A stretch of DNA of 55,263 nt from Eledone cirrhosa (taxonomy: Eukaryota). The notes under the pieces were generated by a model. That model did no database searches and had not been told where the DNA came from. It saw only the letters and a program-made list of their open reading frames with translations. The number at the start of each line of letters is the position of its first letter. The stretch's first letter is position 1. Location: positions 1 through 55,263 of the forward strand of contig CAXHJY010000759.1 in NCBI GenBank assembly GCA_964016885.1, given 5' to 3'. This document shows, piece after piece, positions 29,130 through 42,976 of the stretch. A program made the translations under genes and the position numbers.

Positions 29130-30004
29130 GTATATATATATATCCGAGTGTGTGTGTGTGTGTGTGGAGAAATGTATCCATATTTCGCATCATTGAATGC
29201 TTTGTGACTGCCTCAAATATTTCGACTGATGTCTGCCCAATTGCATCTTCAGGTTCGATGCAATACTATGCGGGAAAGACGGAGGCAGGGACGGTGGGAG
29301 ATTGGTTCGTTTGTGCTCGGACCTTCTGTAAATGTTTATGTTTCACGGACACACAATCGTGTATGTGATGGACAAGAAAATTATGCACCTGTACACATAT
29401 GTACGAGTATATGGAGTGAAGCTGAAGAAAGTGTGTAGATGCAAGATTTACAGATGTCTAATGACATCGATACAAGAAGTGATGTAAATAAAGGGCTCTG
29501 AAATTTAATAACTTATTCAATGTTTTAATTAGACGATTAATAATAAAGGAAATGTGAAACTCAACCTGGGTGTACATTTTGACAAACCCAAATTACAACA
29601 ATATACACGTATGGTGCGTGTGTTTGTCTTTATCTACTTGAGTGCGCGCGCGCGTGTGTGTGTGTGTGTTGTGTTGTATTCAGTGTGCGTCTGTGTACGT
29701 ATGGGGGAGTATATGTTGTCGGTAGAATAAGAGATGAATGGGATTCCCATATATCCGAATATTTCTTTCAGCAGAGCCAACAAATATGAAGGCCAACCAT
29801 GGAAACACTAACATCTTCAACCAACACCATCACAATTATCAGCAGAAGTAGAAGAAAGAATTGGATTCCATTCTATTAAGCCGCTAGCCAATTGGAATTG
29901 ATTTTAAAACCCTGTTAACAAGCACGTGCCGTGTCCTCATTTTTTAAGAAAATTTTAACTGGTTAATTATTTTTTACTATCTCCGTTTTTCCCCGCCAAG
30001 CGCA

Positions 30005-31060
30005 CACACTCATACGAATACACTCGCATAACACACACACACATACGAATACACTCGCATAACACACACACACAAACACACACACTCATACGAATACACT
30101 CGCATAACACACACACACAAACACACACACACATACGAATACACTCGCATAACACACACACGCTCATACGAATAGACTCGCATAACACACACACGCTTAT
30201 ACGAATAGACTCGCATAACACACACACGCTCATACGAATACACTCGCATAACACACACACGCTCATACGAATAGACTCGCATAACACACACACGCTCATA
30301 CGAATACACTCGCATAACACACACACGCTCATACGAATACACTCGCATAACACACACACATACACACACACATACGAATACACTCGCATAACACAAACAC
30401 ATACACACACACATACGAATACACTCGCATAACACACACACACACGCTCATACGAATACACTCGGATAACACACACACACACACTCATACGAATACACTC
30501 ATACGAATACACACGCACACACACACACACTCATACGAATACACTCGCATAACACACACACACACTCATACGAATACACTCACATAATACACACACACTC
30601 ATACGAATACACTCACATAACACACACACACACACTCATACGAATACACTCATACGAATACACACGCACACACACACACACTCATACGAATACACTCGCA
30701 TAACACACACACACACTCATACGAATACACTCGCATAACACACACACACACTCATACGAATACACTCACATAACACACACACACACACACTCATACGAAT
30801 ACACTCACATAACACACACACACACACACTCATACGAATACACTCATACGAATACACACGCACACACACACTCATACAAATACACTCACATAACACACAC
30901 ACACACACTCATACGAATACACTCATACGAATACACACGCACACACACACACACTCATACGAATACACTCACATAACACACACACACACACACACTCATA
31001 CGAATACACTCACATAACACACACACACACGCTCATACGAATACACTCGCATAACACACG
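30005..31060. repeat. Compound minisatellite: core CATACGAATACACTC(G/A)CATAA separated by variable (CA)n
   Basis: More than 30 units visible, period about 28-38 bp. Confidence 0.95.
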
Positions 31061-31114
31061 CACACTCACGCGTACATTCATGTGTTAACTATGATAGGGA
31101 TGTTCAGAAAATAG

Positions 31115-31168
<54 letters not shown>

Positions 31169-31176
31169 TTACTACA

Positions 31177-31216
<40 letters not shown>

Positions 31217-31217
31217 T

Positions 31218-31280
<63 letters not shown>

Positions 31281-31348
31281 GACTACTACGACTACTGTTA
31301 CTTCTAATAACGATAACGATCCCACCACAATCAGGTGGGTTACGATAT

Positions 31349-31430
<82 letters not shown>

Positions 31431-31446
31431 ATATATATATATATAT

Positions 31447-31630
31447 AGCGAAGGAAAAGTGGTAAGGAACCAGGTGGACCATAACGCACCAAAGTACTCA
31501 ATACTTAGGGTAGTAGAGTGGGTAATAGGAGTAAGTAAGACCCCGACGGCTGAGCTCAAGCCGTTTCGACGTACAGAATTAGCCGTCGAAACGTCTTGAG
31601 CTCAGCCGTCGGGGTCTTACTTACTCCTAT
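31447..31630 (-). mobile_element. Family A copy 2
   Basis: Same tail and hairpin as other A copies. Arm ends GGAGTAAGTAAGACCCC / GGGGTCTTACTTACTCC. TA flanks. Confidence 0.9.
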
Positions 31631-31811
31631 ATATATATATATGGAGAATATGGTGGGTGTGTAGTTGCTAGTAAGTTACGCTTAAAAATGGAATGAGAGT
31701 AAGAAGAAAGCAAGAGGTGACGGAGGCGGGGGTAGTTTTCCTCGTCAATTGTCTCCTGGGGGTCTCGGGTATTTCCACGCTTTAAAGGCAATATATATAT
31801 ATATATATATA

Positions 31812-31985
31812 TTTCATATGTTGATTTAAAACTTCACTGCTCACAAGTGTTTTTTAATCTTCATATCATCTCTCCCTATTGTATCCGATGAGAACGCAGA
31901 TATCATCCCATGATGATATTTGTTTTTGAAATGTGCATAATAAAATACTTGGAACTCTTTTAACCATCTTTTGATCTTATATTAT
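31812..31985 (+). mobile_element. Family B single arm (core mutated to CCGATGA)
   Basis: Aligns to 6190-6347, without tail. TA flanks. Confidence 0.85.
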
Positions 31986-32001
31986 ATATATATATGATAA
32001 C

Positions 32002-32065
<64 letters not shown>

Positions 32066-32119
32066 AAGTTAAATAAAGTTAAATAAAAGTCAAATGATTA
32101 AAATTTAGCTTCGTTTATT

Positions 32120-32174
32120 ACTGCTATATATATTTCAGTGACAGCCATCTTTGGCTGTGACCTCTTCAGGCAGT
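32120..32174 (-). ncRNA. Type I hammerhead ribozyme motif (family C)
   Basis: Reverse complement of the plus-strand motif at 32207-32261. Confidence 0.85.
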
Positions 32175-32206
32175 TTGAATTAGTGTGGTATACCATACTA
32201 ATTCAA

Positions 32207-32261
32207 ACTGCCTGAAGAGGTCACAGCCAAAGATGGCTGTCACTGAAATATATATAGCAGT
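32207..32261 (+). ncRNA. Type I hammerhead ribozyme motif (family C)
   Basis: ACTGC CTGAAGA GGTC ACAGCCA AAGA TGGCTGT CACT GAAA TATATA TA GCAGT. Stem I ACTGC/GCAGT, palindromic stem III. Confidence 0.85.
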
Positions 32262-32408
32262 TAATAAACGAAGCTAAATTTTAATCATTTGACTTTTATT
32301 TAACTTTATTTTACACTACTCCAGAGTAACCAACCCAACCTGCGCACTTCGTCGAGTGCTCCAGCCTGCATACTGAGGTGTTGGTATACAACCAACATAA
32401 ACTCAAAA

Positions 32409-32442
<34 letters not shown>

Positions 32443-32693
32443 GTGTGGGTGGCTGGAGATTAATGGACACATTACAGATTAATATGCAACCGTTAATCAC
32501 CAGTCATGTCAGTTTCAAGTGTTATATTCATGCCCAATGAGGAAGGAGTAAACCCAATATTGGTTATATCGAGAATAGAACCTAGATTGCATATCATGAC
32601 TCTTGGCAGATTATCACTTTTCTAAATCGATTACATGTTCGGACACAACTATAGCCATATGCACATGCACATTCTGTTCAGGAGGCACCTCCC

Positions 32694-32725
<32 letters not shown>

Positions 32726-32857
32726 ATAAAGAGAGAGGGAGAGAGACAGATAGCGTAATAGAACGAAAAAGAAAGAAAAAGATTATGCATATTATGTTAT
32801 ATATATATATATGTGTGTGTGTGTATGTGTATGCTTATATATGTGTCTATGTATGAA

Positions 32858-32970
<113 letters not shown>

Positions 32971-33069
32971 TGAAGCATAAAGTGGCTTGTTCCCTTTTGT
33001 TAAGTTCCGAAACAGTTTTCATATCGTGAAGATCGGAAGAGATAACATTGAAATTTGAGATATCATGAC

Positions 33070-33300
33070 ATAGAGACTATATATCAAGCAGAGGGGATGT
33101 GTGGTAGTTAAGAAAATATATAAAAGAAGGCCAACATTTATGACGATGTTATACGAAAATTGAATTTCAAATATAACGTAGGAAAGGGGAAAAAATAATC
33201 AAATCTAAAGGAGGATTTAAATACGTCTTTATAGTTTAAAATGGGAACAAAAGGCGCCTGAATTGCTGAAGATTATATCTTATAGATAGAAAGTAATTGC
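33070..33300 (+). pseudogene. Decayed PLE GIY-YIG endonuclease fragment
   Basis: ETIYQAE (33073) ... YSLKWEQKA (33230) resemble IYQA.V...Y.IKW.I..KA of PLE endonucleases. Stops present. Confidence 0.45.
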
Positions 33301-33946
33301 CGGCGAGTGTATCAAAGATATGAATACGAAAGTATAATTCGAAAGAATTGTAAATTTTAAAGAAAATAATTATATAGAGTGAACGAAATATTTTTTTGGA
33401 AATTTATTATTTTTTTCCATAGGGTTTTGTTTTGTTGTATGTTTTAAATTAAATTTATTTTGAGTATGTTTTTTTTTAAATTTTAATTTTCCTCATAATT
33501 TTGTCCTTAATTTATTTTATTTTATTTGACAAAAATGAAGAGAATTATCGATTCTGTAATTGGCCTCTATTGAAAATTCTGGAATTTTTATATGATACAA
33601 TTGTCTTTTTAAGATGAAGAAAAGAGCTTATGTAATATTCTTAAAAGTCGGTAAAATAAAGACAGAAAAGATATAGAATGAAAAGGTAGAGATAAAGAAA
33701 AAAGGAATTTTCAGCGTAAATGATGAATTAATTTAGGATATAAAATTAAGCTTTCGTTGAAGAAATTATTGCAGCAATCACACACATACATTTATATATA
33801 TATACATACAAAGATATTATATATATATATATATGTCAATGTTATTCTTTTTATCTATTATGAATAAATGAACAGCAATGAAAAATTAATATAAAGCAAG
33901 TATAATCTACTTAAGGACATGAAAGTAAGGTATACATGAATGCATG

Positions 33947-34012
<66 letters not shown>

Positions 34013-34027
34013 TTCATACACACACGT

Positions 34028-34084
<57 letters not shown>

Positions 34085-34277
34085 GTGGGTGAGAGAGAGA
34101 GAGACATATATACACATATACATACAAATACATATGCGTGTGTATGTGCGTAGGTATGTTTATATGTACACACACACATTATTGTGAATGAATGCGTTTT
34201 TTAGTTATTAATTTCTGCAAACATTTCCCCATATAACCCACCATCTATATCTATATCTATATCTATATCTATCTATC

Positions 34278-34309
<32 letters not shown>

Positions 34310-34566
34310 CATGTGTGTGTCATTCCGTGTGTCTTTGTGAGGTGGTAAGAGATGTATAATTCATGCTGAGATAATTATATGTAGATATGGAATTATGGAA
34401 TTTGTAACATAAACCAGGAAGCTTTAAATTTCAGCTATTCCTGAGACGTCGTCGAAACGTCATTGAAATACGAGGACTATATATATGAATCCCCTACACG
34501 TGCTTCACCGGTGTCTATCACTATGTGTGTTTATATATATGCTTTTATATATATAGACATATATAG

Positions 34567-34603
<37 letters not shown>

Positions 34604-34644
34604 CACATATATAAATACACACACGCACATACATGTACATGTGA

Positions 34645-34694
<50 letters not shown>

Positions 34695-34709
34695 GTATAT
34701 ATATATTTG

Positions 34710-34792
<83 letters not shown>

Positions 34793-34886
34793 TTGTGTGG
34801 GTGTGTGTGTGTTTGTGTGTGTGTGTGTGTCTATAAACAGCACACCGGTGAAATATCAATATTATATATATATACTTATATATATG

Positions 34887-34975
<89 letters not shown>

Positions 34976-35306
34976 GTAATTTTAATCAGGAATGCAAGAT
35001 GCATACACCATAGGAATATGTCATTCAATCACATGTGATTACGTCATTGGAAATTCTATCAGCGATAGAGAGAGTATATATGCTGGTTGTGGCAAATGTG
35101 AAGAGCAAGCGAAGCTGTAGGTCTGTAATGGACGACAGACGTAATTATAATTGGACGTCATCTTATTAAAGCAAAGGATCTTGAAATATCTATAATTGCT
35201 ACCAAATGATGAGCGCCGCTACATACCAACAACATATAATCATAGGCACTCACATATGCATGCAAAGACTCATGCACATACACATATACATATATAGAAA
35301 GGTATA

Positions 35307-35341
<35 letters not shown>

Positions 35342-35346
<5 letters not shown>

Positions 35347-35534
35347 AACGAGTAGGACCCCGACGGCTGAGCTGGAGCCGTTTCGACGGCTAATTCTGGT
35401 CTAGAATTAGCCGTCGAAACGGCTTGAGCTCAGCCGTCGGGGTCCTACTCGTTCCTATTACCCACTCTACTACCCTAAGTATTGAGTACTTTGGTGCGTT
35501 ATGGTCCACCTGGTTCCTTACCACATTTCCTTCG

Positions 35535-35536
<2 letters not shown>
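35342..35536 (+). mobile_element. Family A copy 3
   Basis: Hairpin 35342-35459 with its axis in GACGGCTAATTCTGG T CTAGAATTAGCCGTC, tail on the right. Confidence 0.9.
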
Positions 35537-35612
<76 letters not shown>

Positions 35613-35624
35613 GTATATATATAA

Positions 35625-36082
35625 ACTCAGGGGTCTAACGCTAAAAATAGTTAGCAAAGCGTAATCGGCCAATTCTATCTTAAAATTACAGAGGTGGGGG
35701 TACTGATGCTACAGAGGACCGATGGACTGCATCGGAGTAGGCGAAAGGGGAAATACAGACGAGGAAGAAGATCGGGGGTGGAAGGAAGTGATAGGATGAG
35801 ACGGGGGAAGAAGGAAACGTAGAGGAAAAGAAAAGAGGTACGTCTACCTATGTAAGCAGGGGTTTCCCCTTACTTATTCGGCAAGTGGGGTGTATCAGCC
35901 CTTGTCTACCCACCCGGGTTGTTATGAGGTTTGAGGGCGAGGTAAGTCCTACGCAATCTGTGTTTGCATGCGGTTACCAGTACGTCTTTCTCGTTTCGGA
36001 GTTGGTCCTTCGAAAAGAGCATCTGTAATGTTTCCCCCGAGCATAAGTTACACGGAATGCGTCCTCCCATGTAAGAGTTAGC
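35625..36082 (-). mobile_element. PLE-like 3' fragment (ORF C-terminus plus UTR)
   Basis: Minus-strand frame LRNEKDVLVTACKHRLRRTYL resembles the LN.R.E..S.CRH PLE C-terminal motif. Bounded by (TA)n and (CT)n. No intact hammerhead seen. Confidence 0.5.
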
Positions 36083-36104
36083 TCTCTCTCTCTCTCACAC
36101 TCTC

Positions 36105-36184
<80 letters not shown>

Positions 36185-36187
<3 letters not shown>

Positions 36188-37335
36188 GCCATCATTGGCT
36201 GTGACCTCTTCAGGCAGTTCGAATTGGTGTGGTAGAGACAGGTACACATGTTGTTAAAGTGTTTTACTCCTTCAATACTCCGATATGTACAGCTCCTGGC
36301 TGGGTTGTTATTTCTCTGAGGAACTGGAATCATATGAATTCGAATAAACGAATTTCGGCATCATAGGACACTCTCTCCTCCCATTGGTCAGTTGTGAGAA
36401 CATTCCTCAGTCAAAAGTCTATAGAAATTTTTTCTGAAACAAGACAATCTGTTATGGTTGTTTTTGTTAAGTACAGCTGACCTTGTGTTTATTGGTGTTA
36501 GGGGCTCAGCTGGCAGATCAGGCTTAGTTCTACTGCTGCTGTCTTTAGAAGAATGAGTGTGTGTGGGTTGGCATCAATCCCACCGCCCTTTCACGTGATG
36601 GGGGGTGCCAAACTGATAATGGAATCAGATAAGGTAAAATGAAGAAACAAAATATAAAAAAATAAGAGAAAATAAATAATAAAATAATAAGATACGATAC
36701 AATAAAATGAGGAAGCAAAAAAAAAAATAAATAAATGAATAAAATAGAATAAAATGCGTGGGTTTGATGCCAACCCACACACACTCATTCTTCTAAAGAC
36801 AGTAGCAGTAGAACTAATGCTGATCTGCCAGCTGAGCCCCTAACACCAATAAACACAAGGGAGGAGGTCAGCTGTACTTAACAAAAACAACCATACCAGA
36901 TTGTCTTGCTTCAGAAAAAATTTCTATAGACTTTTGACTGAGGAATGTTCTCACAACTGACCAATGGGAGGAGAGAGTGTCCTATGATGCCGAAATTCGT
37001 TTATTCGAATTCATATGATTCCAGTTCCTCAGAGAAATAACAACCCAGCCAGGAGCTGGACATATCGGAGTAGTGACGGAGTAAAACACTTTAACAACAT
37101 GTGTACCTGTCTCTACCACACCAATTCGAACTGCCCGAAGAGGACACAGCCAATGATGGCTGTCACCGAAATATATATAGCAGTATATCTTTAATACACG
37201 AAGCCAAATCTTAAATATTTGACTTAATTACTTTATTTTACATTACTCCGGAGTAACCAAACCAACCTGCGTACTTCGTCGAGTGCTCCAATCTGCATAT
37301 TGAGGTGTCGGTAAACAACCAACATATACTCACAA
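36185..37335 (+). mobile_element. Long family C fold-back (about 400-bp arms, about 175-nt spacer, plus tail)
   Basis: 36185-36583 is the reverse complement of about 36758-37162, with several mismatches and a 6-nt indel. The right arm continues through a hammerhead (core mutated to CCGAAGA, about 37130-37184) and the family C tail. Confidence 0.9.
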
Positions 37336-37366
37336 TTTATATATATATATATTTAAAAGAATAAAA

Positions 37367-37442
<76 letters not shown>

Positions 37443-37942
37443 ATATATATATACACATATATATATATATACTTCATTGCACGACTCACGAAAACAGTTA
37501 AATGGTATATGGCTGCTATTACTAACAGGTCACTGACCATACATAGAATATACATTCATGTATATTCTATATATATATATTACGTGATTTTCCACAAAGG
37601 TTAGCTACAAATGTATTCAGTGAATAGGTCACAGAAGTGTGACGAATGTTCTTTGACAATCAAAATCAACTAAACAGCAATCTGGTCTTTAAACTACACA
37701 GGCTGGGGGTTTATAATAAACTGAAGTGGAATTAACAGATGCGTATGTTTTTTTTATGACCCTCCCGAAGTATAACTAAGTAAAAGACGTCTTCAGATAA
37801 GAAATCTTGCTAAACAAATACAAAAACGAAGTATATATATATATATATATGTGTGTATACACACAAATATATATAACTATATATATGTATATATATATGT
37901 ATAGATATGAGTGTGCCTGTATGTCTGTATGCATGCATGTAT

Positions 37943-38011
<69 letters not shown>

Positions 38012-38159
38012 TACATGGCAAAATGAGGGTTTGTGTGTATGTTTATATATGTAAATTTCGTGCTGCTGATTTGATTCCTGATATATATATAAACATGAAT
38101 TTAAATACATGTAAATATCAAAACTAAATCAGTTCAGGATAAAAATATGAATATATATA

Positions 38160-38283
<124 letters not shown>

Positions 38284-38312
38284 TAATAATAAATTTGAAG
38301 ACTAAAATCAAA

Positions 38313-38410
<98 letters not shown>

Positions 38411-38904
38411 ATATGTATATATATATATATATATATATACATGTTTGTGTGTATGTGTGTTGATATGAGTGTGTCTCTGTGCCAGTATATTGTATGTGTG
38501 TGCAGCAATGCAGAGGCATGGGATAAATATATAAAACAGTGAAAAGTGATACTGTTTGAACACATCGTTGTATTATTGTGTTTACTAAGCGGCGACTAGG
38601 TTATGGTGACATTGGTGCTAGCTATACGTAGTTGTTGAAATGTGGTTAAGGAACAAATTACAAATTAAAATGATTCAACCGTAAAAAATAAATATAAGAG
38701 TGTTTAAAATATCGCAGTTGAAACAAAGATTTAAACATATATACATATATATGTATATATATGTATATATGTGTATAAAGGAAAAAGCAGAGGGCGAAAG
38801 AGAGGGGGAAAGAAACAGGGAGAATGGTCGAGAGTTAGAAGAGGAAATAGCTTGACAAATATGTATAAGTATATATATATATATATGTGTGTGTAAATAT
38901 ATAA

Positions 38905-38951
<47 letters not shown>

Positions 38952-38957
38952 TGTATG

Positions 38958-39044
<87 letters not shown>

Positions 39045-39735
39045 GTGTGTGTGTGTGTGTGTGTATGTATGTGTGTGTATATGTGTGCGTATGTGTGTTT
39101 AATGTAATTTACATCAAAAATCCCTGCAAGTAGAATATAATGTATTTATCATCCCTGGAAAAGAAAAGTTAAACACACAGACAACAATGTCTTAACTTGA
39201 TTTAAATCATTTACTTTTATTTAGATATTGACTTATTTCCTATATATATATATATATACGTGTATATAAAAACGAATCGTCATCTGATGAAATAACCTAT
39301 TGGCAAATGATCCCAAAATGAAACAAACTGAAATAGCTTTAAACTCTGAAACTAGTGCTGCAAAATAAACACCATCTAGATCTCATTTCCTTCTTATATC
39401 ACATTTTAACCCCAAATGACGTAAAAATCCAGCGCAGAATCAGAGTGGCAGTCATTTTAAATTCTGTTTATCTGATTACCAATTTAATCAACTTTCAGAT
39501 TTGACCGAATCAAATACACTTGAAAATGTTGTTTTGTTAACAGCAACACATTTCCCGGAGAAGAGGATTTGGTTTCCAGTTATATTCGATTGAAAGATCA
39601 AGATAGCTAAATCGTATGTAATGTGGAATTAAACAATGACACATACATATATACATACACACAGACACACACATATATATTTATATATATATACATATAC
39701 ATATATATTTATATATATATATACATATATAAATG

Positions 39736-39776
<41 letters not shown>

Positions 39777-39885
39777 GTATATATATATAATTTATATACA
39801 TATATATATGTATATATATACATATATTTATGTATATATATATGTGTCTCTATATATATACATATATTTATGTATTTATACATGT

Positions 39886-40136
<251 letters not shown>

Positions 40137-40139
40137 TAA

Positions 40140-40182
<43 letters not shown>

Positions 40183-40989
40183 CCATACCTGCGGATGTGT
40201 ACATCAAATCTATCTAACTGCCATCTCTATCTCAATCTCTATCGCTCTTTTACGTATTCTCTCTCTTCCTCTCTTTGTTACCTTCGCTCTATCTATGTCT
40301 ATATCGTATTTATATATATAAAACATTATATAATTTCATATGAGATTAACCAACACTGACATTTGGGGGAAATACTGTTGAAAACGAATCATGTACGCTC
40401 CGTTATCTATAAAGCTGTGTATATATATGTATGTTCGTTTGCCTGCATGCATATATGTTTATATGTATGTATGCATGTCTGTGTGTGGTTTGTGCATGAA
40501 TGTCTTTATACGAGTGATGTATTTTATATGTATAAGTGACATATATATAAGTAATTCTCATAATGCTTTCAAATAATGTCCGATAAACAGTAAAACACAG
40601 AATCAAAGCCATCTAAATGATATATACACCATTGTTGTCTTCTACCTGTCCACAACTAACTCACCACCTTCAATTCACTTCTCTATCCTTATCATCAACA
40701 TCACACTGAATATCTTGTATGTATGTATATATGGACTTGTAACTTCCAAGGAAATACGTCGGGGCGGCGTATTGACATACGGCATTGCTAGGGCATTTTT
40801 AAAAATCTGGTGGAGCCCATCTCCTCTTTAGATTTGAATACAGCAGATTTCACCCAGTGAAAGATACACAGAGACAGAATAAAAGTGAGAAAAAGTCACA
40901 TAATATAATCTCACCGTATTGTGTTTACCGTTTCTTCATCAGGGAAGGAAATGCATCACCTATTATTCCAATTATACTTCAGGGTATGT

Positions 40990-41478
40990 GAAACTGAGCC
41001 TATGCAGAGGAAGTTTTCTATATTATGTGACCCAACGAGAACATTTGCTGCGGGATACCTTCCGCTAACGGCATCCAAGTAGCTGCTAGTTATCCAAAAC
41101 CAGATGTGGATGAAGGAGTCTCCACCAAAACAATTGAGACAGAAGAAATGCCTCAACGTGCTATCAGTTATTATTCTGCCAATTTTTCACTATAAAACAT
41201 CATCCGTCTATCAAGAAGAAATGAATGTCAAGTATATCACCAGCTCTTGGGCTGACCTGTGAAGGTTCTGGGTCAAATTGTGTCCTTAACGAACCAATGG
41301 ATATTTGCATTCAAGTTCAAGAACCACAAGGCACGAGGACCTGTTAGGAGCGATATATATGTTTTGACGCACATTCTACCTAGACGCGTTGCACCCATGA
41401 GAGGGAACACCTCACCCTTCCTAATTGGCGGCAACAGGGCAAAGTTGCATACATACAAATCTGCTCGGCATTATTTTT
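40990..41478 (+). pseudogene. Possible decayed LINE (RTE-like) 3' fragment
   Basis: Complex non-repetitive sequence with weak peptide resemblance (KCLNVLS..., HILPRRV.PMRG), directly followed by SINEs. Confidence 0.25.
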
Positions 41479-41481
41479 AAA

Positions 41482-41878
41482 AGGCGGTGGATTGGCAGTA
41501 TCGGTAGAGGGTCGGACGCCATGCTTTGACGCATAGAGTTACGGCCCTCGCCATTCTGAATGAAACCCCGCTGAGGTTAACTTTGCCTTTCATCCTTACG
41601 GGGTCGATAAAATAAAGTACCAGTAATACACTGGTTAATTGCTGGCCTTGTGCCAAAAAAGTAGAAACAATTATTTTAAAAAGGGCGGAGGATTGGCAAT
41701 ACCGGTTGAGGGTCGGACACTATGCTTTGACGTATAGAATTACGGCCCTTGCAATTCTGAATTGAAATTCCGTCGGGGTTAACTTAGCCTTTCAACCCTA
41801 CGGGGTCGATAAAATAAAGTACCAGTAATTCACTGGGTTAATTTCTGGCCTTGTGCCAAAAAAGTAGAAACAATTATT
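41482..41878 (+). mobile_element. Two head-to-tail S1 SINE copies (about 41482-41675, 41682-41878)
   Basis: Each starts GGCGG(T/A)GGATTGGCA and ends GGCCTTGTGCCAAAAAAGTAGAAACAATTATTT. Confidence 0.9.
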
Positions 41879-42435
41879 TAAAAAAAGGTACGCAGAGTGC
41901 TGAAAGAAAGAACCGACATATATTTCTCCCAACATTCCAACGAGTCTAGAATTGCCCGACTATAAAAGCAGAGCTCTCAGGAGCTAAGTAAGGCCATTGG
42001 AGAGTCATAACAATGGTTGTTCAGTAAACAATGTACAAGCTATACATTTGTTCATTCATAGCTCAATTATGAAACAACAGAGGAGGAAAAAAGATAAATA
42101 TGTAAAAGCATATTATTTGAAATATAGCTATAAAATGTATCACGTTAAAATACGAAGACAAATTAATTGACTAATATCGATTGCTTTAGTGAGGTAGAGT
42201 TATATCGTTTGAACATGTAACAATCATTAACAGAGCTACTATTATATATGTATTGATACCGTTAATTTTTCTTTAATGATAAACATTATGTGAGGGAGTT
42301 TGTTTTCTTTTTTCAAACAAATTGCTGCATGTTGTTCATGGTATCCTTGTAAATTAGAAGTACATAGATTTAAATCTATTTACCTATCTCTATACTGAAC
42401 ATCTGTACTATCACAATGATTTACATGCAATGCAA

Positions 42436-42486
<51 letters not shown>

Positions 42487-42495
<9 letters not shown>

Positions 42496-42846
42496 AGATC
42501 AAAAGATGGTTAAAAGAGTTCCATGTATTTTATTATGCGCATTTTAAAAACAAATATCATCATGCAATAATATTTGTGTTTTCATCAGATAAAATAGGAA
42601 GACATGCACTATTCACAAGTGTTTTTTAACCTTCATATCATATCTTCCTATTTTATCTCATGAAAACACAAATATTATTGCATGATGATATTTGTTTTTG
42701 AAATGCGCATAATAAAATACATGGAACACTTTTAACCATCTTTTGATCATATATATTATTTATACTCCAGTCCTACAAATTGTAGAGTGCTTCTTATCCG
42801 ATATCTGCATTGCTTTATTGTACTACAATAAAACTCACCTCCTACA
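42487..42846 (+). mobile_element. Family B copy 3 (fold-back plus tail)
   Basis: Arms about 42487-42605 / 42640-42757, tail to 42846. Each arm has one ribozyme-core mutation (GAAA to AAAA on the minus arm, CTCATGA on the plus arm). Confidence 0.9.
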
Positions 42847-42935
42847 TTATATATATATATATATATAAGTCTGTTTACGCGTACACAAGCAGCCATATAT
42901 ATGTATGTATATGTATGTATATATATATACATATT

Positions 42936-42976
<41 letters not shown>

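Larger units (their letters stand above)
32061..32407 (+). mobile_element. Fold-back hammerhead element, family C copy 1
   Basis: Arms of about 120 bp about the axis 32190/32191 (GGTA|TACC), tail 32311-32407 with GAGTGCT at 32354. Confidence 0.9.

Noticed and set aside
30005-31060. CRISPR-like repeat-spacer appearance
   Set aside because: Spacers are just (CA)n of variable length rather than unique sequences. No cas genes, and the context is eukaryotic.
34436-34470. Hammerhead-like CCTGAGACGTCGTCGAAACGTC
   Set aside because: The core lacks one nucleotide (CTGA-GA) and stem I is not convincing. At most a decayed copy.
35695-35830. Plus-strand CTGATGC...GAAA and GGATGA...GAAACGTA strings
   Set aside because: The cores deviate from CTGANGA and lie antisense to the inferred element orientation.
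40905-40950. Minus-strand CTGATGAAGAAAC hammerhead-like string
   Set aside because: No stem II and no valid NUH or stem I closure.
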